NCBI GenBank assembly: GCA_963717935.1
Contig: CAVQXP010000004.1
Location: 448,001-512,000, forward strand
Length of the DNA: 64,000 bases
Direction of reading: 5' to 3'
Origin: Candidatus Eiseniibacteriota bacterium
GTDB taxonomy: Bacteria > Eisenbacteria > RBG-16-71-46
In this document: positions 20,677-30,711 of the stretch, piece after piece
How the letters are laid out: the number at the start of each line of letters is the position of its first letter
Position numbering within the stretch: position 1 is the stretch's first letter
Notes under the pieces: generated by a model
The model's input: only the letters and a program-made list of their open reading frames with translations
The model's database searches: none
Told to the model about the DNA's origin: nothing
Translations under genes and position numbers: made by a program

Positions 20677-20976
20677 TCAGCCCAGCTTCGACTCCACGCT
20701 GCGGACCTTGTCCTCGAGCGTCTGGTCGCGGTCGGTGCGGGTGCCGACCTGGAGCGTCGTCGTGACGCGCGGCGCGCCCATCTCATGCAGTGTCTCGTGG
20801 CAGCGCCTGAGCGCGGCGAAGACCACGTCCCACTCGCCCTCGACGTTCGTGCCGTTGGCGTGCAGCTGCGGGCGCAGGCCGGCCTCGCCGAGGATCCGCT
20901 CGCACGCGGCGACGTAGGCGGAAAGCGACACGCCGACGCCCAGCGGCACCACCGTGAGACCCGCCAGGACCTTCAT
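20677..20976 (-). CDS. MTH1187/YkoF thiamine-binding family protein
   Basis: VVPLG.GVSLSAYVA..LHANGTNVEGEWD..RTDRDQT.EDKV.SV. Confidence 0.85.
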   Translation of the reverse strand: MKVLAGLTVVPLGVGVSLSAYVAACERILGEAGLRPQLHANGTNVEGEWDVVFAALRRCHETLHEMGAPRVTTTLQVGTRTDRDQTLEDKVRSVESKLG

Positions 20977-20993
20977 GGCCCCTCCGCTCCGCG

Positions 20994-23156
20994 CTACCGC
21001 AGCCGCACCAGCCGCTGCGAGAACACCCGGCCCTCGGCCGACAACCGCACGAAATAGAGCCCTGCGGGCGCCGATCCGCGCCCCGTGCGCCCGTCCCACG
21101 TCGCCGCGTGACGGCCCGCGGGGAACACCCCGTCCGCCAGCACCGCGACCTCGCGGCCCTGCAGATCGAGGACGCTGAGCCGCGCGCGGGCCGCGCGCGG
21201 AAGGACGAAGCCGATCTGACCCGTGCCCCGCATCGGGCTGGGCCGCACCGGCTCGAGCGCCAGCGCCTCGAACGACCCGTCCCCGACGTCGGTCGAGGGC
21301 TCGAACGTCGCCGTCACCGACTCGTTCGCGTACATCGTCAACGTGATCGGGTTCGCGCTGTCCGTCGTGTCGCCGCTCCAGCCCGTGAAGGAGTAGCCGG
21401 CCTCCGGCCACGCCTGCAGCGTCACCGTGCTGCCGTGCTGGTACTCGGCCAGATCCGGGTCCTTGTCCACCGAACCGTTCCCCACCACCGTCACATCCAG
21501 CGTGTAGGTCCGCACGTCGGCGGTGAGGTCGAGGATGATGTTCCCGCCCACTTCCTGGATGTTCGTGGCCGCGACCAGGCCGTCGCAGGAGTTGTACGTG
21601 TAGTAGGAGCTGGTGTTCGGAACGGTGCCGGGCGTGAACGACGCGACGCCGGTCGCGCTCGAGTAGAAGTCCGTCCAGCCACTGTTGCCGCCCAGCTCGA
21701 GCTGATAGAGCCCGTCGGCCTGCTCCACCGAGATCCCGTACCACTTCTCGCCGTTCGAGGGGTTGGCGGGCAGCGTGTCGCAGTCGCAGTTCTTCTGGCC
21801 GCTGTAGACGCCACCGCTCACGCATTCGGCCTCGTTCGGCCGCCAGAAGGAGCGCGCCAGGACGTTCTCGTCCACGTGGTAGATGCACAGGCCGTGGGCC
21901 TTCAGGCCCATGCGCGAGAACCCCGCGTCAAAACCGATCTGCTGGCGGTTCTCGAACAGCCAGTACTCCATCCCGTCCGAGCCGGGATGGACGACCTTGT
22001 AGATCGCCCCGGGACCGGTGGTCTCGCTGGGCGGGATCGTGATGCCGGTCGTCAGCGTCGTCACGACGATCGGCGTGACGAAGTCCAGGTAGGCCATCCC
22101 CCAGGCGCTGGGCTGGGCGGGCGAGTTGCCGGCGCAGTCCGGGTAGATGTTGGGCGTCCGGTTCCAGCTGCCACCCGCCATGAGGCTGATGTAGCCGGTG
22201 CCCGTGGATTCATAGCCGTAGTCGTACTCGTCGGGGAGCCCGAGCACGTGGCCGAATTCGTGGGCATAGACACCGACCGTGGGCAGCAGCGGCCCCGTGA
22301 CCGCGCCGCCCTCCTCCCCCAGGGTGTTTCCGCCCGCCTCCGGCTCCATCGAGTAGCTCGCGATGCGGACCCCGTCCGCGTAGAGCGGCGGCGGAACGGT
22401 GCCGTAGCCGTCGTTGTCGGTGATGCTCCAGGCGTGCGACCAGATGAGAGCCGGGCCACCGCTCCATTCCGCACCGGAACCGGCGTGCACGACGAAGAGG
22501 TTCCGCACCACGCCACCGACCGCGTACTGGGAGAAGTCCACATAAGGATCCGCCGCCAGCACCGCATCCATGACCAGGCGCTGGACGTTGCGGGGGTAGG
22601 GACCGAAGCCGTTGTCGTGCGTGCCGTCGGGTTCGCAGTAGTAGGTGTAGCCGTTCGGCGCGGTCAGCCAGCCCGTGGCGCTCGGCAGGTCGAGCGTCAC
22701 GATGTCCACGGCGCCCTGGGAGATCGAATTGTAGAAGTGCTTCAGCGTGTGCGTCGTGGTCGTGTCGACCCCGCCGCGGATGTAGTTGTCGCGGAACAGC
22801 ATGCTGTCCCAGATCGTGGAGCGGAACCTCGTCGTGGGCCCGCCCGGCGGGTCATCCGTGAACTCCACCAGCAGGACGATCGCCTTCACGTCGGTGGAGG
22901 TGAGTGCGGCGGGGCGCTCGAGCCGGTTGATGCGGACGTTCGTCCGGTCGGCGAAGCGGGCCTCCGCGCTGGAGCGTGGCACCTGCCGGCCGGCCGCCTG
23001 GTACGACTGGACGAGGTCCGGATCGAGCGGCATGAAGTCCGGCGCGAGGCCGGGGACGCCCGGCGTGGACGCCGGCTGCGCGAGCGCGTGGCCCGGGCTT
23101 GCGATCGCAAGCAGGAGGCCGAGGAGCAGGAGCAAAGCGACGGGGCTGGTCTTCAT
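20994..23156 (-). CDS. Secreted M6 (immune inhibitor A-like) metalloprotease with InlB-B-like repeat and FlgD-Ig tail
   Basis: VLLVEF, HAGSGAE, IWSH, HEFGHVLGLPD, ENRQQIGFD; GYSFTGWSGD repeat; DLQGREV..WDG..GLYFVRL. Confidence 0.9.
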   Translation of the reverse strand: MKTSPVALLLLLGLLLAIASPGHALAQPASTPGVPGLAPDFMPLDPDLVQSYQAAGRQVPRSSAEARFADRTNVRINRLERPAALTSTDVKAIVLLVEFTDDPPGGPTTRFRSTIWDSMLFRDNYIRGGVDTTTTHTLKHFYNSISQGAVDIVTLDLPSATGWLTAPNGYTYYCEPDGTHDNGFGPYPRNVQRLVMDAVLAADPYVDFSQYAVGGVVRNLFVVHAGSGAEWSGGPALIWSHAWSITDNDGYGTVPPPLYADGVRIASYSMEPEAGGNTLGEEGGAVTGPLLPTVGVYAHEFGHVLGLPDEYDYGYESTGTGYISLMAGGSWNRTPNIYPDCAGNSPAQPSAWGMAYLDFVTPIVVTTLTTGITIPPSETTGPGAIYKVVHPGSDGMEYWLFENRQQIGFDAGFSRMGLKAHGLCIYHVDENVLARSFWRPNEAECVSGGVYSGQKNCDCDTLPANPSNGEKWYGISVEQADGLYQLELGGNSGWTDFYSSATGVASFTPGTVPNTSSYYTYNSCDGLVAATNIQEVGGNIILDLTADVRTYTLDVTVVGNGSVDKDPDLAEYQHGSTVTLQAWPEAGYSFTGWSGDTTDSANPITLTMYANESVTATFEPSTDVGDGSFEALALEPVRPSPMRGTGQIGFVLPRAARARLSVLDLQGREVAVLADGVFPAGRHAATWDGRTGRGSAPAGLYFVRLSAEGRVFSQRLVRLR

Positions 23157-23276
23157 CGGTTGCCTGCCTTCATGGAGCGAGGGTGCCGGGGGCGACGGGT
23201 GAATCCGTGACTCCTGATTGTCCCGCTTTGGGCGGCTGGGTTCAAATCCGGCGGCTGGGTGAATGCGCTCAGCCGC

Positions 23277-23783
23277 TCAGGCCGCCCCCGACCCGGCCAG
23301 CGGCACGCGCACGATGATCCGGCCCCCCACGCGCGCGATCAGCGCGGAGAACGAGTCGCGCGAGGCCCGGCGCAGCGGCAGCACCTTCCCCCCCGCCGGC
23401 GTCACGTCCACGAACAGCGCCTCGGTCGTGTCCGCGGGCACGTCGAAGCACACGGTCAGGTCCGCACGGCCGTCGCCGTCCAGGTCGACCTCTTCCGTGA
23501 CCCGGGCGGGGAGCGCTCCGGCCGGGTCCCACGCGAGCTGCACGAACGCCGCAGGGCGGGCCAGCAGCGCCCGCGAGCGGACCGGCCGGTTCACGGTGAT
23601 GCGGTAGCCGTCCCGCTCGATGATCCGGGCGGTCTCGCCCCCCGAGTAGACCGGGTCCACCTCGATGCCGGTGGCGGCGACGCCCTGGGTGAAGAACGGG
23701 AAGAGCACGAAGGGCATCACCAGCATGGCCACGACCGTCAGGATCGCGCCCGCGTACCCGAGGACGGTCTTCAGGTTCTGCAT
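23277..23783 (-). CDS. Hypothetical membrane-anchored protein
   Basis: GAGGGAGG RBS; N-terminal TM helix; DLDGDGRAD Ca-loop-like motif. Confidence 0.7.
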   Translation of the reverse strand: MQNLKTVLGYAGAILTVVAMLVMPFVLFPFFTQGVAATGIEVDPVYSGGETARIIERDGYRITVNRPVRSRALLARPAAFVQLAWDPAGALPARVTEEVDLDGDGRADLTVCFDVPADTTEALFVDVTPAGGKVLPLRRASRDSFSALIARVGGRIIVRVPLAGSGAA

Positions 23784-23793
23784 GGTGCCTCCC

Positions 23794-24966
23794 TCAGCGC
23801 GCGAGTTGGAGCAGCTTCGTCAGCGTGCCGGCGATGATGCTGCCGCCGAACAGGGTGGCGAAGGCCCACGCGGGGAACAGGTAGAGCAGCCGGGCCGTCT
23901 CCGGCGAGGCCGTGAGCGGCGTGCCCTTGATGTGCCAGCGCACGGCGCCCCGCGTGCATGCATCCACACAGGCGCCGCACTTCATGCAGGACATGCCCGC
24001 CCGGCCCTTCGCGAGCGATGTCTCGTCCAGCACCAAGGTGGGGCACGCGCGCCGGCAGGTGACGCAGTCGGCGCACTTCGCCGGGTCCATGCGCACCTCG
24101 AACACGCTGAGCTTGTTGGAGAGCGCCTGGAAGGGGCCGAACGGGCAGAAGAAGGCGCACTGCGTGCGCAGCTTCGTCAGGAACGGGAGCACCAGCACCA
24201 GCCCGATGAACAGCGAGCCGAAGATGCCGGCCTGGAGCACGGTCTGCGCCGAGCGCACCTCGGGGAACTCGGTGACCGCCTTGAAGGGGCAGAGCCAGGA
24301 ACAGTAGACCGCTTCGTAGGTCGCGGCCGAGAGCAGCACCACGGCCGCGAGCACCGCCCAGGGCGCCCAGCGCCAGCGCAGGTCCACCTTCCGGATGCGC
24401 GCCTTCTTCGCCAGCGCGGCGCAGCCCTCCTCGATGCCGCCGAAGAAACAGCCGTAGGCGCACCAGCCCTTGCCCAGCACCAGCGTGGCCGAGAGCCACA
24501 GGGCGATCATGGGCGCCACCGCGTACGGGTTCGAGGCCGTCGGCAGGATCGAGCCCGGGAAGATGAGCGTCTTCGTGAGCGCCGCGGGCACGATCATCAT
24601 CGGGATCGCAAGGAAGCAGAACGGCGTGTCTCCGCCGATCATGCGCTCGATCGGGATCGACATGGAGCCGCGCAGGGCGATGAGATCCCAGATGAACCCG
24701 ACCGGGAAGAGCACGCCGAGCGTGACGAAGAAGATGCGCCGCCAGCGGTGGGTCTCCCTCGTCCGCATCATCAGGAAGAAGAGCCCGGTCATGAAGAGGA
24801 AGGTCAGCAGCGCCGCCAGCTTCGGGGCCGCTCCGGGCAGGTGGAGCGAGCGCGAGAACATGAGCAGTCCCCACAGCGCGACGGGCAGCGTGAGCAGCAG
24901 GGACCGGCCGGCCGAACGGCCCGCGGCCCCCGGCGCGACGGCGTCAGGAATGGTCGTGCCAGGCAT
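23794..24966 (-). CDS. Membrane 4Fe-4S protein (NapH/MauN/NosR-like)
   Basis: Multiple TM helices; WCAYGC, CSWLCP, CAFFCP; CADCVTCRRACP and CMKCGACVDAC. Confidence 0.85.
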   Translation of the reverse strand: MPGTTIPDAVAPGAAGRSAGRSLLLTLPVALWGLLMFSRSLHLPGAAPKLAALLTFLFMTGLFFLMMRTRETHRWRRIFFVTLGVLFPVGFIWDLIALRGSMSIPIERMIGGDTPFCFLAIPMMIVPAALTKTLIFPGSILPTASNPYAVAPMIALWLSATLVLGKGWCAYGCFFGGIEEGCAALAKKARIRKVDLRWRWAPWAVLAAVVLLSAATYEAVYCSWLCPFKAVTEFPEVRSAQTVLQAGIFGSLFIGLVLVLPFLTKLRTQCAFFCPFGPFQALSNKLSVFEVRMDPAKCADCVTCRRACPTLVLDETSLAKGRAGMSCMKCGACVDACTRGAVRWHIKGTPLTASPETARLLYLFPAWAFATLFGGSIIAGTLTKLLQLAR

Positions 24967-25615
24967 GGAGGAGCGCTCCTCCCAGGGCGATGACCCCGAG
25001 GTACCCATAGTACGCGGCGACCAGGGCAGTCGTGAAGCGGGCGACGACCCGGAGGCCGGTGAGGCGCCGCGCGGCGCTCACGCCCAGGAAGGGCAGGAAC
25101 CAGACCAGCGTGCCTGCGAAGAAGAGCAGGAAGAACTCCAGCGCGCCGGGCAGGCTGTGCCGCTGCGCGGCCCGCACCCCCGCCACCAGGAACGGCGGAC
25201 ACAGATTGAGACCCGTGAGGAGCCCGAGCGCGGCGGGGCCAAGTGCGCGGAAGCGGACCGCCCGGGCGCGCCCGCGCCCGGCGGAGAGCTCGCCCGGGCA
25301 GGCCCCCGGGTGCGGTCGCAAGGTCGAGAAGGCGTACCACGCGAGGGCCGCGGCGAGCGCGAGATGGACGGCGCCGAAGAGCACGGTGGTCGGCCCGGCG
25401 GGCAGCGGCAGCGCAAGGCCGAGCGCCCACGCCGCGATCGCGAACCCCAGGTAGCCGGCGAGCCGCCCTGCCAGGAACTGGCCGAGCAGCACGCCGGTGC
25501 CGCGCAGTCCCGCGCCTTCGGACACGAGCCAGGGCAGCAGCACCGGGCCGCAGGCAGCCAGGCACAGGAGGCCGGACGAGAAGCCGAGCAGGGCAGGTTC
25601 CGCGAGGGATCCCAT
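24944..25615 (-). CDS. DsbD_2 / UreH-like membrane protein
   Basis: CLAACGP, GRLAGY, GLLTGLNLCPP, FFAGT. Confidence 0.8.
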   Translation of the reverse strand: MGSLAEPALLGFSSGLLCLAACGPVLLPWLVSEGAGLRGTGVLLGQFLAGRLAGYLGFAIAAWALGLALPLPAGPTTVLFGAVHLALAAALAWYAFSTLRPHPGACPGELSAGRGRARAVRFRALGPAALGLLTGLNLCPPFLVAGVRAAQRHSLPGALEFFLLFFAGTLVWFLPFLGVSAARRLTGLRVVARFTTALVAAYYGYLGVIALGGALLHAWHDHS

Positions 25616-25711
25616 CACGCCGCGCAGGGTAGGCCCGGGGGCGGCCCCGGACCAAGGGGCGCCGGGCGGGGCGGGGCGGATCTCGCGCCGGTTATGCTAC
25701 TATTTCCCGTC

Positions 25712-26539
25712 ATGCCACGCTCCAGTCGGGCCACCCACGCGTTTCGCGCGGCGCTTGCCGCGGGTCTCGCCGCCGCCGCACTCCTCCTGGCGCTCGTTCC
25801 GCAGCGCTCCTGCGCGCAACCCACCACGTCCGACGGGGACAAGCTCGAGACCCTCTCGACGTCGCGCGGCAACATCCTCGACGAGGGCGTGTTCATCGTC
25901 TCCCAGAGCGGGACACCGGTGCGCGTCGAGGAATTCGCCATCGAGCGGATGCGCGACACGCTCCTGGTGAGGGCCGCCAGCAGGGTGTCGCTCCCCGGGC
26001 AGACGGCGCGGCCCGTGGACAAGAGCATGATCCTCGTGGTCGGCCCCCTCGACTTTGCCATGGGCAGCTACTGGTCGCAGCTGGCTGCCGGGACCGACAC
26101 GCTCCGGCGCGGGGTCGAGGTCACCCCGGGCGACACCGTCTTCACGCTCTGGCGGGAACTCAACCGGGCCGGCGCCGGGGACAGGCTCGCGATGCCGCCG
26201 GGACGCCTGTACATCCTCGATCCGCCGCTCTTCACCACCTTCAACTTCATCGGATGGACCCTGCAGGGGAAGGTCTGCGACCGGCGGCCGGTCAAGGTGT
26301 TCGTCCTCGGCGCGCGAGACTCGATGGTGGACGCCTCGGTGACGGACGTCGGCAACGAGACCATCCGCTGGGGCGGCCGGCCCGTGCAGGCGCGCAAGCT
26401 CGTCATCGCCGACGAGGTGACGTCCTTCACGGCGTGGTTCTCGCCCGACGGCCGCATGCTCAGGCTGGAGCAGCCCCGGGACAGTATCCGCGTGGACCGC
26501 AAGGCCCCTCCGCTCAAGCGCCAGCCACCGCGCAGGTAA
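25712..26539 (+). CDS. Hypothetical secreted protein
   Basis: Signal peptide; beta-rich body ending WFSPDGRMLRLEQP; start uncertain. Confidence 0.7.
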   Translation: MPRSSRATHAFRAALAAGLAAAALLLALVPQRSCAQPTTSDGDKLETLSTSRGNILDEGVFIVSQSGTPVRVEEFAIERMRDTLLVRAASRVSLPGQTARPVDKSMILVVGPLDFAMGSYWSQLAAGTDTLRRGVEVTPGDTVFTLWRELNRAGAGDRLAMPPGRLYILDPPLFTTFNFIGWTLQGKVCDRRPVKVFVLGARDSMVDASVTDVGNETIRWGGRPVQARKLVIADEVTSFTAWFSPDGRMLRLEQPRDSIRVDRKAPPLKRQPPRR

Positions 26540-26541
26540 CC

Positions 26542-26625
26542 GGGGCGTCGTGGTGCGGACGGGGCCGGTAGGCGAGCGTGTCCGCACTTAGCCGCCCACC
26601 GGCCCCGTCCGCACCACGACGCCCC
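26542..26625. repeat. 33-bp inverted repeat between convergent genes
   Basis: 26542-26574 is the reverse complement of 26593-26625 with one mismatch; 18-nt loop. Confidence 0.85.
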
Positions 26626-26669
26626 GCCTGCACCGCGGCGCTTGCCCGCCGCCGCGACGCGCGCCCCCG

Positions 26670-28175
26670 CTACGTCTCCTTCGCCCGCCGCGCGAGCCAT
26701 TCCAGCAGCAACCGCACGCCGTAGCCGGTGGGGCCGCGCCGCTCGTGCGGCCGGTCCGCGGGCGCCCAGGCCGTATTCGCGATGTCGAGGTGCGCCCAGC
26801 GCAGGTCGCCCGCGAAGTGCTTGAGGAAGCGCGCCGCGATGCAGGCGCCGCCGTCGCGCGAAGCGGCCGCGTTGACGATGTCGGCCGTGTCGCTCTCGAG
26901 GTCCTTCTCGTACTCGTCCCACAGGGGCAGGCGCCACAACCGCTCACCCGAGGCCTCTCCCGCCGCGAGCAACTCGGCGGCCAGGCCGTCGTCGGTGGTG
27001 AACAGGCCCGCCACGTAGGGGCCCAACGCGATCCCGATGGCGCCCGTCAGCGTCGCCAGGTCCACGACCGTCGCGCCCTCGTAGCGCTTCGCGTAGACCA
27101 GCGCGTCGGCCAGCAGCAGCCGCCCCTCGGCGTCCGTGTTGGTGACCTCGATGCTGGTGCCATTCATCGCGCGCAGCACGTCACCGGGCTTGAGCGCGCG
27201 CCCGCCGGGCATGTTCTCGGCCGCCGGGATGAGCCCCACGATCCGCAGTGACAGCGTGCCGTCGGGCAGGGCCGCGAACAGCCCGAGCACGGCCGCGGCG
27301 CCGGCCATGTCGTACTTCATCTCGTGCAGGCCGTCACGCGGCTTGAGCGAGATGCCACCCGCATCGAAGGTCACCCCCTTGCCCACCACCACGACCGTGG
27401 GTGGATCCTGGCCGCGCGGCGCCTTCGGCCCGCGTTCGAGCACGATGAAGCGTGGCGGGTGCGCGCTGCCCCGCCCCACGCCCAGGATGGCGTTCATGCC
27501 GAGGCGTTCCATCGCGGGCACATCGAGCACCTCGATCTTCGCCCCCGTGGAGCGCGCCACCTCCTTCGCGCGCTCCACGAGCCGCTCCGGCGTGAGGTCG
27601 CTGCCCGGCATGCTGGTGAGGTCGCGCGCCAGCACGACACCCTCGGCCCAGCGCCGGCCGCGCCCGACCGCCAGGGCCAGCGCTGCCGCCCGCTCCGTGC
27701 CGGGCTCGACCACCTCGACACGCCTGAGGGCCGGGGCGCCGGGCTTCGTCCGGTAGGCGGTGAAGCGCCAGGGCCCCAGCACGGCGCCTTCGGCGGTGGC
27801 CTGCGCGGCCGCGACCGGATCGAGCCGGTCCGCGCCAAGCGCAGGGATGACGACGGTGCCAGCGCGCAACTCGCGGGCCTTGCGCACCGCGGACGCGGCG
27901 GCGAGGCGAACGCTCCGGAGCGAGAGCCCCGCCCGCGGCCCGAGGCCCACGACCAGGATCCGCTTGGCCTTGAGGCCCTTCGGGTAGAGCACGACGATCT
28001 CGGCGTTCGCACCGCTGAAATCGCGACGGGCGAGCAGGGCCGAGAGGATGCCCTGCGCGGCGCGGTCCACGGCCGCGGCCGCTCCCGCGAGCTTCCGCTC
28101 GCCCTTCAGGATGCCGACGACGAGCGCGCCGGCCGGGCGTTGTACAAGGTTCCCGCAGCGGAAGACGATGTCCAT
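26670..28175 (-). CDS. pepA: Leucyl aminopeptidase (M17)
   Basis: GKGVTFDAGG, MKYDMAG, NTDAEGRL, ATLTGA, WAHLDIA. Confidence 0.95.
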   Translation of the reverse strand: MDIVFRCGNLVQRPAGALVVGILKGERKLAGAAAAVDRAAQGILSALLARRDFSGANAEIVVLYPKGLKAKRILVVGLGPRAGLSLRSVRLAAASAVRKARELRAGTVVIPALGADRLDPVAAAQATAEGAVLGPWRFTAYRTKPGAPALRRVEVVEPGTERAAALALAVGRGRRWAEGVVLARDLTSMPGSDLTPERLVERAKEVARSTGAKIEVLDVPAMERLGMNAILGVGRGSAHPPRFIVLERGPKAPRGQDPPTVVVVGKGVTFDAGGISLKPRDGLHEMKYDMAGAAAVLGLFAALPDGTLSLRIVGLIPAAENMPGGRALKPGDVLRAMNGTSIEVTNTDAEGRLLLADALVYAKRYEGATVVDLATLTGAIGIALGPYVAGLFTTDDGLAAELLAAGEASGERLWRLPLWDEYEKDLESDTADIVNAAASRDGGACIAARFLKHFAGDLRWAHLDIANTAWAPADRPHERRGPTGYGVRLLLEWLARRAKET

Positions 28176-28505
28176 GGGGACGGCCCCTTCTGTCGTGAGG
28201 CAAGACGGCGGTGGACCGCGGGAGACTAGCCCATGGGGGAGCGGTTCCCCAACGGGGACTCGCGCCGCTTTCGCAGGCCCGTGGCGAGCGTCTGGAACCA
28301 TCCGCCGGTCCGACTCATCCAGCCGGAGACACCAAAGCGCTTGCGCCTCACGAACCCCCGCTGTCATCCTGCAGCCGGATGGCCCGGGCCCCTTGTCCGG
28401 GCGAGCATGGCCGCAGCGCATCAGGGACTGGATGCGGAGATGGTCCCGCCAGCCGGCGGGCGAACGAGCCCCCAAGGAATCCGGGGCGACACGAGGAGAA
28501 ACGAC

Positions 28506-29273
28506 ATGCGACTTCGTCCGTGGATCATCCTGAGTCTCGCGATCGTGCTGGCTGCCTCCGTGGTGGGCTGCGGCGCCAGGAGGGACGCGGAGACCACGAT
28601 GGCCGACAGCACCGCCTTCGCGACCAACCCGACGGAGCAGGGCCTGGGGGATCTCGCCCCACAGGGACAGGTCCCGCCGCCCGAGCCCACGCCGGAGCCC
28701 CGGGTGGAGACCCCGAAGAGATCACCCGCGCCGAAGCCGAAGGCTCCCGCGCCCGCACCGGACCCGGGCTACACGGTGCCGGCGGGCACGGCCATCACGA
28801 TCACCGTCACCGCACCGATCTCCTCGGAGACCGCGCAGGTCGGTGACGCATGGAGCGGCGTGGTGAAGGACAACGTCGTCGTCGGCGAGAAGACCGTGAT
28901 CCCGGCCGGCAGCACCGTCAGCGGCACCGTGAGCGCGGTGAAGCCCGCGGCGAAGGGTGACCGCGCCATGCTCGATCTGGTCGTCGGCTCGATGATCGTC
29001 GAGGGTGCGGACTACACGGCGCACGCCACCACCGAAGCGATCGAGGCCGGCTCCACTCGCGCGCGGAACCTCGGCGCCATCGCGGGCGGCACGGGAGCCG
29101 GGGCGCTCATCGGCGGGGCGGTCGGCGGCAAGAAGGGCGCGCTGATCGGCGGCCTGCTCGGCGGCGTGGGGGCCACCGGCGCAGTGGCGACATCGAAGGG
29201 CTACCAGGTCGTGCTCAAGGAGGGCACCGAGCTCACCTTCTCCACCAGCGAGCCGGTGAGCATCAAGCGCTGA
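28506..29273 (+). CDS. Lipoprotein with Pro-rich linker and glycine-zipper
   Basis: GAGGAG RBS; VVGC lipobox; VPAGT..VIPAGS..G.V; GAGALIGGAVGGKKGALIGG. Confidence 0.8.
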   Translation: MRLRPWIILSLAIVLAASVVGCGARRDAETTMADSTAFATNPTEQGLGDLAPQGQVPPPEPTPEPRVETPKRSPAPKPKAPAPAPDPGYTVPAGTAITITVTAPISSETAQVGDAWSGVVKDNVVVGEKTVIPAGSTVSGTVSAVKPAAKGDRAMLDLVVGSMIVEGADYTAHATTEAIEAGSTRARNLGAIAGGTGAGALIGGAVGGKKGALIGGLLGGVGATGAVATSKGYQVVLKEGTELTFSTSEPVSIKR

Positions 29274-29447
29274 GCCGGCGGATCGGCCCGCGCGTTGCAG
29301 GACGGCCCCGGGGCGATGCTCCGGGGCCGTTCGCGGTGTCCCGGGGCAGCACCGGCCGCGACGACAGGTGCCCCGCCGGGTACACCATCGGCAGCGAATC
29401 GACGGGGCTCCCGTTGGGGCGCTTGGGGTTCGCCGGGCGTCGGGTGC

Positions 29448-29461
29448 GGCATGCAGTTTGC
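29448..29461 (+). promoter_or_regulatory. Sigma54-type promoter
   Basis: GGCATGCAGTTTGC(A), 78 bp before ATG 29539. Confidence 0.65.
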
Positions 29462-29538
29462 AATGCCGTCCGAACGCCGTTTCCTTCCCCCTGGTCAGTC
29501 AACGCTGTGGCCACCGCACCGGGCACAACGGAGGACCC

Positions 29539-30507
29539 ATGAGAAGCAGACTCCTGCTCGCAACGTCCCTGCTCGCGGCCGCCGGCCTGCTCGCCGGCTG
29601 TGGAACGAGCACCGTGAACTCCCCCCTCGCGAACGACACGTCCTCGCTGGACCAGGCGCAGGTCGCCAGCGTGGTCGCCGCCCTGCCCGAGGTGGTCGAG
29701 GACGGCCAGTTCGAGAGCGCGGAGATCACGAGTCTGGGCGCGGGGGCAAGCCCGGTCGGGGCGTTTACCGCCATCAGCCCGCTGCATTTCTGGCGTGTCA
29801 TCACCGACGTGGACCGGAGCTTCGAGTTCGCCTTCGCGGACTCCGACTCGACCGGGCGGCCCACGACCGCCATCGTGACCGTGCACAAGTCGCTCACCGG
29901 ACGCTTCAACATCCTGACCGGCGTGCCGGGTGGCGACACCACGGCCATCGACTCTTCGGTCGCCGTCATCCACAAGCCGCTGGCCGACCACTGGGTGCGT
30001 CGCATCCTGCTCAAGCGCTTCGCCGTGGGCGACCTGGCGCGGGGCGGATGGCGCGTGGTGGCGACCTCGGGCGTCAAGATCACGTCGCGGGCCGCCACGA
30101 CCCGGATCGTGAGCCTGCGCCTCCAGGCCGCCGGCGTGGACACCACGCTCACCGACCCGCTGGCCTTCTTCTACCTGCCCCGCATCCTGAGGCTCGAGCC
30201 CGGCACGCCAGCCACGCTCACCGTGACCACGCTGCGCGACGACGACGTCGTGGTGCTGTGCCGCCTCGGACACCGGTTCCGCTTCCGCAACAACGGCGAC
30301 AACACCTACGCCGGGGTCTGGCTGGTGCCGGACCTGCGCGTGGGATCCGGGCCGCAGCCGGGCCCGGGCCGCCCGCCCGTCTTCCACTTCGGCGTGAACG
30401 CGCTCTCGCACGGCACGCTCTTCGACGACCAGGCTCCATACGACTCGCAGGCCTGGCTGCTGCCCGTCCTGATCGCGCCGGACCAGATCGCGGACGCACT
30501 GCCTTAG
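29539..30507 (+). CDS. Hypothetical lipoprotein
   Basis: GGAGG RBS; LLAGC lipobox; long ORF with GC3 bias. Confidence 0.8.
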   Translation: MRSRLLLATSLLAAAGLLAGCGTSTVNSPLANDTSSLDQAQVASVVAALPEVVEDGQFESAEITSLGAGASPVGAFTAISPLHFWRVITDVDRSFEFAFADSDSTGRPTTAIVTVHKSLTGRFNILTGVPGGDTTAIDSSVAVIHKPLADHWVRRILLKRFAVGDLARGGWRVVATSGVKITSRAATTRIVSLRLQAAGVDTTLTDPLAFFYLPRILRLEPGTPATLTVTTLRDDDVVVLCRLGHRFRFRNNGDNTYAGVWLVPDLRVGSGPQPGPGRPPVFHFGVNALSHGTLFDDQAPYDSQAWLLPVLIAPDQIADALP

Positions 30508-30711
30508 CAGGGTTCTTTGCCGGGACGTCCCCCAGCCGGACGGGCGGGCCAGTCGGCCCGCCCGTCGGCCGTTTGGGGCGCTCGCCTGTCGCCCCGGGCG
30601 CCAGACCGGTATGTTCCTCCCCGCCGAGCGGTGCCTGATCCCGCCGCCACCTCTTCGTCCGTGCCCCGGGCGCGTCCCGGGGGATCGTCCTTTCGCTGGA
30701 GGCCTGCATCC

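Noticed and set aside
28176..28505. 330-bp gap between pepA and a lipoprotein with small hairpins
   Set aside because: Divergent promoter region; no recognisable riboswitch motif or terminator, hairpins short
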